In this document: positions 1 through 13,100 of the stretch, one piece after another
Numbering within the stretch: the stretch's first letter is position 1
Layout of the letters: every line of letters starts with the position of its first letter
NCBI GenBank assembly: GCA_040954595.2
Contig: CM082582.2
Location: forward strand, 3,642,303-3,706,302
DNA from: Balanoglossus misakiensis
Lineage: Eukaryota; Animalia; Hemichordata
DNA: 64,000 bases
Direction: 5' to 3'
Program-made: the position numbers and the translations under genes
The notes under the pieces: model-generated
What the model was told of the DNA's origin: nothing
Seen by the model: only the letters and a program-made list of their open reading frames with translations
Databases searched by the model: none

Positions 1-279
1 ACCAAATTACTGATTCTTTAAGAATTAGTTCCACCTTCATCTGTGTGCTATTGTAAACATCCCCATAGACCCCACAGCCTTTGTTACATAGTTCATTAAT
101 TAGTAATTATTGATAAAGTCAACAATAGGGACGTAAAATGAGCTAAGTTGTACTGATAAAATGTAAGTGTGCACATGTACATATGAATGCATGATTGTAT
201 ATATGTGTGCTAGTGCATGCATGCACACATGTACATGTACAAGTATGAGTGTTTATTGTGTTGTATGTATGTATGTATG

Positions 280-436
280 TACTGTAAAACAAGTTATTTT
301 TTTGCGAGCAATAAATTTTTCGCAAAATACCCGAGAGCCAAAATAACGTGGAAATAAGCAGAACGTGAAAATTAATCCTCGTGGCCGCCTAACAGTTGCC
401 TCTTTTGATATTGTGAAAATAACCCAATTTACAGCA
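280..436. mobile_element. MITE family A (TA-CTGTAAA...TTTACAG termini; Tc1/mariner-like TA target), inserted in a (TATG)n tract
   Basis: TIRs; homologous copies at 30363-30557 and ~15574-15750 (inverted). Confidence 0.7.
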
Positions 437-1048
437 TGTATGTATGTATGTATGCATGTTTGTTTGATGTATGAAATGAATGCAATCATAAACATAAGTG
501 AACATTGCCTTTCTCAAAATAGATGGTTACCAAAATGAAAATTTCAGATTTGTCAAGTCAAAGCTAGCTATTTAGTGATTTTATCTGCGTTAGAAGGCCT
601 CAGGCCCTTGGAAAGAAGGTACAGTAATATTTACAGAGGCATATGTCATTGGTTGTATATGGTTAAAACAAAAAAGAAAGTTATCCCGGTTACAACAAAC
701 AATATATTTATTATTGCAACTTACACATAGTTTCCGTTCTGATTTTAAACGCTTTAAATACAAAGCAACAAATGTTATGAGTAAATTCTGTGTCTGTCGT
801 ATTCATTACCGGCTGGAATTTGCGCAAATTTGGTTCATGAATGATTGAAGTTGGTTAAGTATTTTTTCCTTAACTCAACATACAGTGGACAGACTAGCAG
901 AAAGTGATATTCATCTTTCATGTCACCTTGTTTACAGAATTGACACAATCTGGCTGATGGCTCAATGTTTTTATATCTACCTCCTATCATAAACTAAGTG
1001 CATTGAAAGTATAAATTTAATTGCAAAGAAGTATAATAAGTGACTCAC

Positions 1049-1126
1049 ATCACAGTCTTTCAGTGAATCCATTGCCAGAAGATCGTTGCCATGACGCAGC
1101 TGGAATTTGACAATATTCTCTGCTTC
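1049..1126 (-). CDS. PLEKHG4: RhoGEF exon, DH C-terminus ([26 protein letters not shown])
   Basis: ggcag acceptor, gtgagt donor, 78 nt; [13 protein letters not shown] is characteristic of PLEKHG4/4B. Confidence 0.92.
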
Positions 1127-4100
1127 CTGCCATAAAAATCATAAAGAGATTATTGCAGATACATCTATTTAATGCAACATTACATTGAAGTAACCATAAA
1201 AATAAAATAAAAAGCGTTTATTAAATACCCACTGAGGACCTAGGACCTTCATGTTAAGGCCTTCAACTCTATGTTCAATCATTCTTAGGCACAGTGTTTT
1301 AACCTTTTATCTTCATGCATATGAAAATTTTCCAAAGAACACAGTCGGACTCGCACATCATAATTCCCAACACCATTTTTTCTGCCTCTTACTTATCACT
1401 TCAACAAAACCATACTTTAATATGTGACTTGGTATCTGCAACTGTTGAAGACGTAAATAAATTACCATATGATCAAAACTGCCAATGATTGAATAGACTC
1501 TCAGGGTTTTTAAGTATACGACTAGTAGGGAGAAATCAATTTATATCCACACATTCATCATACGCAGATGTACGGATAGCACACTCACACAGAAGTCAGT
1601 ATACTCGGAAAACTTTTTGGAATAAAATTACTACAACTCAACGATTGTATGCATAATTCTAAGGGGTCATCAGTCCCAGATATCCTTTGAGACAGTCGCA
1701 GATAGCAACTTGCGACAGAAGTGCAACTCGCACTTTCAGTCGCAGATAGCCTTCTGCGGCACCTCTATATAAATGAACAGTCAGTCACACTAACCAGTTG
1801 ATAATTGTACCTTACCTGCAAATTCACCAGGTCAGGGTCATTTTCTGGAGATTCCTTGATGAGATCTTTCAGAAGCAGAGCATATTTGCCCATTCGCTGT
1901 GTTGGTTTCAGTAAATAGCTGGCCAGATCCATTTTGTCACCAAGTTCACACTGTTTAGTTTTGAAGAAACTGCCATGTTCTGCCAGAAGAGCATCTGACT
2001 TGGGTTTGTTTTTGTTGTACAGAGAATATAAATTCAATTCTTCTTTCTATAAAGGTAAAATTTAAAAACTGAATATTGTAACTGGCAATGGTGTTGCATA
2101 AAATGCATTGATGAACACTGAGGGTGCTACCAACAGAAAATATTTCATTTTTTCTCAAACAGATTTTTCCTGATGCTTCCAAAAAGATGTAAAGCGATAA
2201 TGCACGATCCAGAGGTATTCAAAAACGAATATGGAAATTTTTAACAAACATAATAAACCGTTATTAGTAACTAGATACGAGTTGGATTTTTACATGTTTT
2301 GATAAAATATATTTTTATGAAAATCCCCACTATCATTCAGAGCATTTAGTATGATATCATCCCATTTGTGTGAATGTGTGAGCTAAAATTGAATTCCTGG
2401 TTGGAAAAAAACCTATGGGGATTCCAATACTTACATATTTCAGGAAACAATGGCATATTTGGAGGGGATTTTTTTCACAGAGTTCAATTTCATGTAGGAA
2501 ATGTCTGTAATGAAATTCATAAATCTTCTCCAAGTTTCCAAACACTGCCCCTCTTTGGCCTCGGAGCGCCTGTGGAATATCTTCCCTTTCCATCTCTGGG
2601 AAATAATTCTGAGGAGTAATACAGACAATGATATTGATATGATGACAGTATTTTGTCAAATATTCATTTTGGATAGGACCATAAAGTACTACATGATTTG
2701 CTATTTCTGGTAGCATCAAAATTGAGACAAAAATATCAGATTTGAGTTTGATATACTTCTGATAAAAATCCAATGAAAGAAATGGTTCATGTCCTTTCAA
2801 TTTGCCTTGTCTATCTCTATTCCTAATAGATGAGTTCCCGCTCACTGTGATATGTCACGAGTCTTGGTTACCGTAGCAATGGGTTGCTTGTCAAGTAATA
2901 CAAGTCAAGGTTTGTATGAAACTAGAAGATTAGGTGCAGAGTTTAACAAACTTTGTTAATTTTGTGGCGTTTAACACCATGGATCATGTGTTGTTTGTCA
3001 GGTGTCACATGAGAATGTAACAAGGGGTACGCTCTCAATCAAGATGGAATTTGGCCTATGTAGTTACATGTATGTGAAAAAGTATCCAAGAATATCATGT
3101 ATTCTTATTACCTGTATAATGTAGTTGATAGCTCTAACATAATCTCTTTCTGTTTGTAACATCTCTCCCATAATATGCATCATCTTCTTCCTTCTTCTCT
3201 TTTCATCTTCTGTTAATTTCTCCCCACTGTCAATTTTGATTGACAAGGGTAAACTTCCTGTTTTATGAAGATGTCTGTTGACATCTTTTGGTGACCACGC
3301 CTCCTGTAGGATAACAGAGGTGACAATGTTACAAATTGTAAACCTTTGTAATGAGTTAGAAAGTAGGTAAGTACATCATAGCTCTTTAACTGTCATTGAT
3401 GGCATCATCTTTTTGAGTGTGACTGTTTCCTGTTCTGACTCAGAGACGGACATACTGTATGTTAGGTGCTACACGTAGGTCAGCATTTGCCTACTATTTT
3501 CAAAATATCTGACATTATTTCTTCGTCTTTTTGCCAGTGGCCAATTTATCTTCTTTTCACAGACTTGACTTGTTCTATATGCTCTGTTGGTTCTTTGTGC
3601 TGTACTGTTTCGTCTTTGTCTTGCCAACTGGCAATGTATATGTTACATTTGACTTTAACGATTTTGGAATATGGATGCAAGTCTGCATAATGACTTGGGA
3701 TATGAAAAACATACACTGTCCAATGGATGGCCACATTGGGTCGTATTATTACACAAATTGACATGAATATGTATCATCTAGGGCATGTTGTCCTTATACT
3801 AAGTTTGACTGAAATATGTTGAGTGATGTCTGAGTTGTGGTCATATTTATCATAAACATAATTACTCTGAATAGGCACATGTTAGTACACTGTCCTATCC
3901 TTATTGTTGATCATTTACTGATCACTCTATCAATGACAATTTTATTTAACGAACCTCTTCTAGCTGTGTAAATGTTTCATTCTCAATATCTGAAGATAAG
4001 TCTTCTTCATTATCCCCAGTACCCTCACTTCTCATTTCAATATCATGACTGCCTTTCCTGGCTTCAGTTCTTCTAGTGTCTGGCAGTGTTGAGGCTTTGC

Positions 4101-7100
4101 CTTTGGGTTCTCCGTGGTTTCTCACATGATCCATTATGTCTATTCCGGTGTCGGCTGAAGTCCGGTCACTCTCACTGCGTGACCTTCCTTTGCTAGTCCT
4201 GTTTGGGGCAGTTTTGTTGTTACTCTCAGAGATTCCTGAGTCCTCTGACGCGCTGCTACCAAGCGATAAATCCTGGGGCTTTTCCGTCACCTTTCCAGAG
4301 GTATTTCCTTCACCTTTTGCACAATTCAACGAAGTTTCACTTTCACTCTCTGCTGTCCTCGTTTCCTGCACCACTTTTTCACTGTCCACAGATTTCTGTT
4401 CTGTAAATTCCCTTTCTCTCTGCTCATCCACACTTTCGAGTTTCTTCCCGACTTGCACCATCTGGAATTGTTCCAGCGTTTTTTCCAGACTGTTTGCTTT
4501 CTTCTGTACAAGCTGTTCGATGTCTTTACATTGGTCGCGGATCACAGCCAACTCTTCCAGGCATTTGTCTTTGCCCAATTTGTTGGCCAACTTCTCCACG
4601 CTTTCAAAGTGTTCATCTGCTATGGTAGGGTGTTTGAGCATATATTGTTGCAAGTCTTTTTGAAGTTTCTCACATCCTTCCCTAGTACTGCAATCTTCCA
4701 TGTTCATCTTTCCCAGATACTTGACACTCACTTGGGCCCAGTCTTCAGCCTAACACAATAAGATCAGATTTTAGACAACATGAAAACTTCATATTTTCTG
4801 TACACAAACATCTACCTATGTTGGGGACACACCAATCTGATTAAAATCAGATGTAGGATATGGCGACGTCTTATACTTCACGGTATGATATTCTTATGCT
4901 GTCGCCTCACACTACATCTGACCAACTCTCATAGAAGCTCCCGTTCAAAATCTCTTTGCGGCCAGGCCAATCAGATCGCATGTTACGTTGATCTACACTG
5001 AAGGATACCTATCATTGTCTATAAGGCGCCTTCAGATTGGTTTACTGGCCCAGTAAAGCCAGAGATTTTGAACGGGAACTTCTAGCCTTCTGAGGCACCT
5101 GGTACATACGTCCAATGCTGAACCCAATCTAAACAACATTTTGAACTCACTTGACTCAGCTGTGTGTACATCGTCAAGGTATCTTCCACCACGTCCCTCC
5201 TTTCTTCTACATTCCTTATAAACGTCTTCAAATGTTGCTTCAAAGTCCGGGCTTGGTCTTGTATTCCCACTGCTTCACTGTGTCCCTGCTGGATCAGCAT
5301 GCTGGATTCCTCCAACAAATCTTCTCCTTCACTCACATGTTTCTATGACAACCCGGGGAAACAAGAACAGAGAATTTTGGAACTGTTCACACAAACCAGA
5401 CACGACAAACAAGCGCTCAGTTATTTTTGTCTACGCTCATTTACGTTTTTACCACATATGAGTCAGGAAAAAGTCAATGAGCATAGCCCAAAATAGATTT
5501 TGATGACAGACAGATAGTTTTAATGCAACCTTTTACTGGTTTGCATAACTGTACACAGGTTTACTGCACTGCATGTTAGGTGGGCAAAATCAATTTTCCG
5601 GAGAAAACAACTCACCATGGCATTAAAGTAGAATTCATCAAATTCTCTCCCAGCAGCTTTGACGTTCTGTAAATCATCACCAATGTCGGTACATGTATTC
5701 AAGAAGGACTCGCCATCATTACAGATCCACGTAGCAATCTGGTTAGAGTCAAATAACAAATGCAAATCATTTTTTTAATAATAATTTATGACAATCTTTA
5801 AGTTCACCAATATGGTTCAGTCCAATCCCATTGTTTTCTATGGTAAAGTTGGACCTCTATAGAGGGAACTGGAGGTGAAAGGGTTAAAGGTATACAGTCA
5901 CCTCCTATTTACATACTCCCATATATGGCTGAAATGGCATATTTGAGCGTTCTGAAGATCATATGGTTGAGCTCTCTTTTTTCGCTTGTGCCACCCACTG
6001 AAAATCTGTGATTGGCTAAAACTCAATGCCATGGTAACTATAGCTAATATTCCATAGGTGACCATATACCTTTAAACAGTAATGATTTCTAACATTTGAC
6101 TGTAAGTGGGGATCAGAAATCATGCATTCACATATTTCACTTACCTTCATAGATTGTTCTTCAAACAGTTTCAGTTGTAGATGTTGTTCTAACTGGGTAT
6201 GTTTGGTTTCAGCTAACCCATCCAATGTGGTCACAACTTGATGCACCTTGTTGTACAGCATAGTTACACTCTTAATGGAGTCCCTGAAACGATATTACAA
6301 CAATTTGATTTTTTATACTGAACAATTCATACTTTCTAGTTAGAAGAGTGTTCCATAAGCAAATTGATGTACCGGTATATACATTGTACATGGTTGTTTC
6401 TGCTATTGCAAATTTTGTCAAGCTTGCCAATAAATGGTTAAGGCTCAACTTATCCCATTTCGGGGACAATAAATACATTCACAAGATTAACCCTTTCACC
6501 ACAATGGTTCAGTCCAAACCCATTGTTTTCTATGGTAAGGTTGGACCTCTAAAGAGGGAACTGGGGGTGATAGGGTTGAAGTTTCAAAAGGAACAAACGT
6601 CCAGCAAAATATTACTGAGCAATTCCCACACTGACTAATGCAAGAACCAGGATTGGAAAAGGACAACTTCTGGCCTATAATTACAGGCTAAAGAGACCCG
6701 ACTTATACTAGTTATAGTGTTACCAAATGCGAAAAAAAAAATCATGTCATAGTACTTATACATGGCAAAAATGGATTTTCCTGAATAACAGAACACAAAG
6801 CCAGAACATATGGAAATTCACTCTTGTTGAACTTCCCCTATGACACTTTTTGGTGTGTTGGGGCAACGCATTAAACAAGTAGAAGTTATGAACAAGCAAG
6901 GTTACCATACATTTCTGTAGTTGATTATGCCCTGAAACTGACAGAGCAGCAAATTTCGAATCATCTTGGTTGATGCCAATTTATGTAAGTGTTTATCAAG
7001 TGAACCCTTCTTGATAATACAATAAATTTATTACAAACTCTCCTACACAATCTGCAAGCAACCATGCGTTCCTGTACAGTGATGATTGTAGTATTTGTCT

Positions 7101-10100
7101 GACTGAAATCCATTCATTCAGAAACCTGTGTTTATTCATGAGTACATGTGTATAACTTTTGTGATGTCATAGCCAAACTACATGTATGCTATTCTCTCTA
7201 CCACCACTACTGTACATCCATGAAGGTTTAGCACACCTGACCTAACACAAGTCAGCTATACCAAAAATCTACGTGTACATGTCACAGTTTTGTTCTGCTT
7301 TTATACATTACACTATTCTATTAAAGATATGCATTACCCTTGCTTTGAAAAAGCTACTGACTGACTGACTGACTGTTAAAGTACAGTTGTTAGTACCATT
7401 AGTTCAGCCTAGAATATTCAAGAAAGTAAGAAATATCCGGCCATTCCAGTCCATGTTTTGGATTATTTAACAATGAACACACCAGAAAAACACACCATTG
7501 AATCATCATTATTGACAATTCTAAAATGTTAGGGGTCTATTGAAACTTTTATAAAAACCAACAAATAAACACTACATATCACCAAATAACGGATTTCTTC
7601 TCTTTAAGTAGAGATAAGTGATAATCTGTCTAGCTGTTTGTGTAATTAATCATGTAGCACACTTATGCACAATACAGCATTATGACTTAGCTGTGTAAAT
7701 CCAATGAAATTCAACATGCAAAGCTATTTTATGTTTTGCCAACATATCAATACAAATTTTTTGAGAAATCTAGCCACTGGAGGTAATAGACAACAACTAA
7801 AGACCTGTGACAGATCTCATTTTGTCTCTGAAGATCGACTGATTCAATAATGCACGTGTTCAAACCACTCACCTTTTCTGTTTATCACAAACATTATTAA
7901 CAGATCTTATTAAATTAGTCAACTTTCCAGAGTGATGACAGAACTTGCTAGCAGACTTGAACAACCGACTGGCAATAACAGGCAAAACGTGTTCCACACA
8001 CAACACTACCATCTGCCCACTTTTGTTCCGTTAAATCCAACTTCAAACAGTGAATGTGGTTCGCGCAAGACAAATGGTTCGGTAGAAATTGAAAGACAAC
8101 AAAAACGTTATCCTCATTTCAGCGTAACACAAAGACAAGATAAGACCTAGTATCAACAAATGATCTTCATGTAAGTGTTCTGAATGTGCATGATCTTCGT
8201 GAAGAAAGCTAATTAGATGTCTCTGTGACATCACCAACACAGAAGAGACAACCTACAGAGTCTCTGTCCCCACATACTGCAACTAATTTTACACATGATT
8301 GTCAATATCCTGTCTTAATTGGGAAAAGAAGACAATGCACAACAATTTAAGAACAGCAGTCAACCAATTTTGTATCTATTCCTAGCCAGTAAATGGCAAA
8401 GACATATCATTTTCTTCCACAAAGGAACTAGCCAATTACTATAATTTAATATTTCAAAGCCACTCAGTCAGTCCTCTCAATAATTTGCAGCTTTTGTTTT
8501 AATTATTCCATAACAATTAGTTATATATAAGTCTCACAAGAATACTGAATATATGGTATTGTTCTTAAATTTGTATGATTATATTTTAGTGCCTTTTTAC
8601 CAATAAGGAAAAAGTTGGAGTGGATGACAAATTTCCTAAGTGACCGAATCAGATCTAATTTCAGTTTTATTCAAAGTAAATGAACTTGTATAGTTTGTGG
8701 GGGTGAGCATGTTGTCTTCAATGAGAAATATGACCTTGACAAAAATTGTGCAGGTAACACACAGCGCCATATTCAATACCTTCAATTAATGACATAATGA
8801 TGCCATAGGCATGGCAAATGTCCAAACTTTCTACAACACCCCCAGGCGCTGACTGCAACAGCCCCAGGCATTGAGTGAAGACTACTTCAAAGAATACATT
8901 CCACTCTATACATGTTTTTTGTTTCCTTTATTTTAACATTCTTTTTCTAAACAGGAGTTCATAGGTTTTCGGCAAAGATAAACTGTCAACATTGGCACAA
9001 TTGGAATGGTCAGCTCAGTATCTCTCTCACTGTGTCACGTTTCATTCAACGTGGGGCCAGCCACACTAGGCTTTACAGATCGAAGTTTGTTATATTCTCA
9101 GAGCTTGGTGTGAATTGCACGACTGTATCAGTTTCTGTGTCCACACTCTCTGTCCACAACCCTAAATGTATTGACCAAGGACAACAAGAAGCAACATGTT
9201 GAAATGGTCATCTGAGTGACAAACTGCAAATGTTACTGAAGTTACTGTAAAATATGTCTTTTTAGCTAGCATATTATTTTAGATAATTTAGCTAGATGTT
9301 TAAATTCGATAATTTAAGATGCCACTAATTCAAACATTTCTTTATATTTACCATGGCTTTACAGCTAAATTACAAACCTGCTAAATGAACTGAAAATCTT
9401 CATTTGCTTAAAAAAGCCATGCAGCTAATTCAAAGTGTTTACAGATTGTGTGTTGAAGAAGGAACACTATGGAGGAAATCAGACTTTACACTTAGGCTGA
9501 GCCTACAGAGCCTTTACAAATGAACATGGCTGAAAAACTGTCCCTAGTTTAACCCTTTCACCACCATGGTTCACTCCAAAGCCATTGTTTTCCGAAGAGG
9601 GAACTGGGGTGAAAGGGTTAGTGTGCACATGAGTAAAAGAGTACAGGAATTTCAGGCGGATAAGTATTTCAATGGATAATGTAAGTGACACAAGGATGAT
9701 AAGGACATCTTTTACTATCGGTAAGAAACCTTTCAGAAAACAGTACTACAATTTTGAACTTGGTAGTGACAATCAGGAAGATAATCCAGCAATTTACTGG
9801 TACATGTACAGTCAAACCTATCTAAACCGAACCCTGTCTGATCTGGAAACCTGTCTATACCAAACACATACATGTATTCCTGTTGACATAGAACCACATG
9901 TTAAAAGAACCTCCATAAACCAGACATCTCTGCAAACCGAACAATTTTTTCTCTCGCTCTGGGCGTTGGGTTTAGACAGGTTTTGCTGTGCTACACAATA
10001 TAACACTAATCAATTCTCACCTGAAGTCTTCTGTTTTTGTTAGTATACTCTGTTCATTCTTCAACCTTGATAATATAGCATCTCCTTCAGACTGTAATCC

Positions 10101-13100
10101 CACTAATCTGCTATCTTCATAGATTCCTTTGATAGTTGCTTCCAGTCTATCAATAAGTGATATTGTATCTTGGGCACTTTCCGGTTTCTCAAACTCGGCA
10201 ATCTCCTGCGTGGCACCAATGATAAACTTTGCTGCGCTATGGCAACCACCCATGAAAGGTTCCAATTTCTTGAAAGAGTGAATACATGTAATATTATTAG
10301 TTTTCCAAGCACCTTGTACAGAGTGAGTGAGTGAGTGAGTGAGTGAGTGTGTGTGTGTATGTGTGTGTGTGTGTGTGTGTGTGCGTGCATGTATGTGACA
10401 TATGTAATCTGAGAATGTATGTATGGATGGATGGATGGATGGATGGATGGATGGATGGATGGATGGATGGATGGATGGATGGATGGATGGATTCTGGAAA
10501 TTACAATTGAAATGTATGCCAATGTCACAGCATGTCAATCTAGATGTTCATTATGACTGAATTATAACACAAGACAGACATGAAAATTGATTCACACTCT
10601 GAGGTTTCCCGTACCAAAACACATTTTTAAATATCCATTTTTCCATCTCCTAAAAACTCTCATACTAGGGGAATGATTCTCACAAACTTACCATTCTAAA
10701 TCGGATCCAGCTGTCATGGTTATACGGGAAAGTCCCATTAAAGGCCAGAGTCAGTTGATGTGACGGCAGTAATTGGTGCAAAGCTTCCACAGATGACAGA
10801 AGTTCAAACTGTCAAAGAGAAAAAAAGGTTTCACTAACTCTTTAGCTATTGACCACCCAGACATAACACCATTTGACAGTTTCAAAAACAATGATGGTTG
10901 TTTGTTCTCTAACGGGGATCAGATGAGGTCATGGAGATTACATTGCAAAACAGACATCTGTCCTAACATTTTACCAGATGCACTTTTTTCTAGTATCCAG
11001 ATGGTGTAAGGTAAAAAGAGGAAGTGAAAGGTCACAGAATCCAAAACCCTGTCTCGATTACACAGAGGAAAATATCATTGGCAGATTGTAGAAAATAAAA
11101 CCTTCTTTCAAATAAACAATTCATTCTCAGTTTACACTGAACCTGCAAACCCTACCAAGATTAAAGTTTCGAGAAATCTACATGTAGGTATAAAAGTGTG
11201 AATAATGTACTGATGACTGCACCAGGAACTTGGACTACACATTTACCTTGTTGTTTTTTTGCTTCAGTTTAACTGCTGTTTGAAATACGTATTAAAAAAT
11301 ATTTTGCAGCAGTTTTGAAAAATTAAGTGTGTTTAAAGTTTTGATTCTGATTCTCATGAACAAAGACAATGTCTTTACTCTAGACTCTTATAGGTATACT
11401 GAGGTTCACTCACAGTTTGAGAAATTGTTACATCTAAAAATTAATCAAATACAAACATGTATCTATGTATACAGATGAAAAAGGAATTACAAAATCCATA
11501 ACCCTGTTTTTATCATCCCTGGTGATAGAAAGGAAAAAGTTGCAAGTAATCAAAACAGACGAGGAAATTGTCAATGAAAATAATGTCATCAAAATATACT
11601 GAAGGATGTTGTCAGTTCTGATTCTTCTCATACAAAGCCATAACAGCTTCTTATCTTAGTTAAAGCCCCTATAGCATAAAAACAAGATGACTACAATCGC
11701 ACATTATTTTATGCACAAAATGATATTAAAACTAACCTTAAAGTTGACTGTTGGTCTGAAAAGAGATGACTTGAGGTAAAGTAGTGGAGATTTTGGCTCT
11801 AATAAAACATATACAGTATAAATAGCACCAGAACGATTGCTCTGAAAAAAAGAACATCAGATACCAGTGTCATTTATGTTGTTTTGTTTGTAAGGCCTAA
11901 TATCCAGAAACAATTGAAAGGTAATGTGCCAATTCTTGAAAGTATAAAGTTCTATAACTTGTGCCATAAATATCCCTCTTGGAAACACATCACACTCAGT
12001 ATAGCAGCTCCAATACAAGATAATAATGCATTATGTAGAGGTACCTGAGAGGGCTATCTGTGACCTTCTCAAATGATATACGTCACAGTTATTTTAAAAC
12101 CGCAAGTCTATTCAATCTCTGACAGTTTTCCATGTGTAACCTCCTGGTGTCGCAGAGTGCATTTACACTGGATCAGTGCTTGTCAACCTGACATTAAACC
12201 GCAGCCATCACCATGATGGGTTTTGATCAGATGTCAATAATGAGATAATCAAGGGCACCTCATCATACCCAATCCGACCATAGAGGGCGCAGTTTGGGAA
12301 AGATGCATGTACATGCATGTACATGTAGGCTGAACATCCAAAACGCACACTGGACCAGTGTTAATAATCTTACCTCAAAGAGAAACAAGGCATCAACGAC
12401 AACTTCCAAAACTGAGGTAGAAGCTCCTCTCGCATCAACAACAATACTCAAACCAAGCTGTTTGACTTCATCCCTGTCATGGTCAAATACAATGATATTT
12501 GTGAAGTATCCCAAAACTATCCCCCCCCCCAAGAAAATAAATGGCCAGTTGCTTACTGTTCCATACCACAGGCAAGATATGACTTTTTGTGTTCCACATA
12601 TGCATGGCTAATACGATACATTTTGCATACAACTTGTTAAAGTTCCATTAGGTAGATCCTATACCTCACAGATTACATTGTAGTATACGTAGATGAATGT
12701 CAATACTTTCACTAATGTAACATAATAAAATTATCAACTATTAAAATCTTCCTTTTGTGATTGAATTAGAATAGCACTGATAGTTTTACTGTTACTAATG
12801 TAATAAAAGCAATCATATTTCAACCTATGAATGCCAAGAGGTAATGTACCTGGGTATATCATTGTAATACATGAAGACTTTGGTGATCTCTTCACTGCAA
12901 CACTCGAGATGTTTCCAGATGAGATTGTTTGTATAAATTTCCATTACAGCCCCTCCCCTTGTGTCCCGAGCTCCTGAAATGCATGATAACAATCCAACAT
13001 CAGACTGACATTTAACAGAAAATATACAGCAGTCACAATCCATGTCTCTGAAAATTTCAGTCTTTCAACTCAGATTATTCCTAAAATCTTCAAATATTTA

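Noticed and set aside
4136-4761. Plus-strand ORFs (175 aa and 102 aa)
   Set aside because: Antisense shadows of the large RhoGEF exon.
10269-10538. HPSI/HT-repeat protein segments
   Set aside because: Translated intronic microsatellites.
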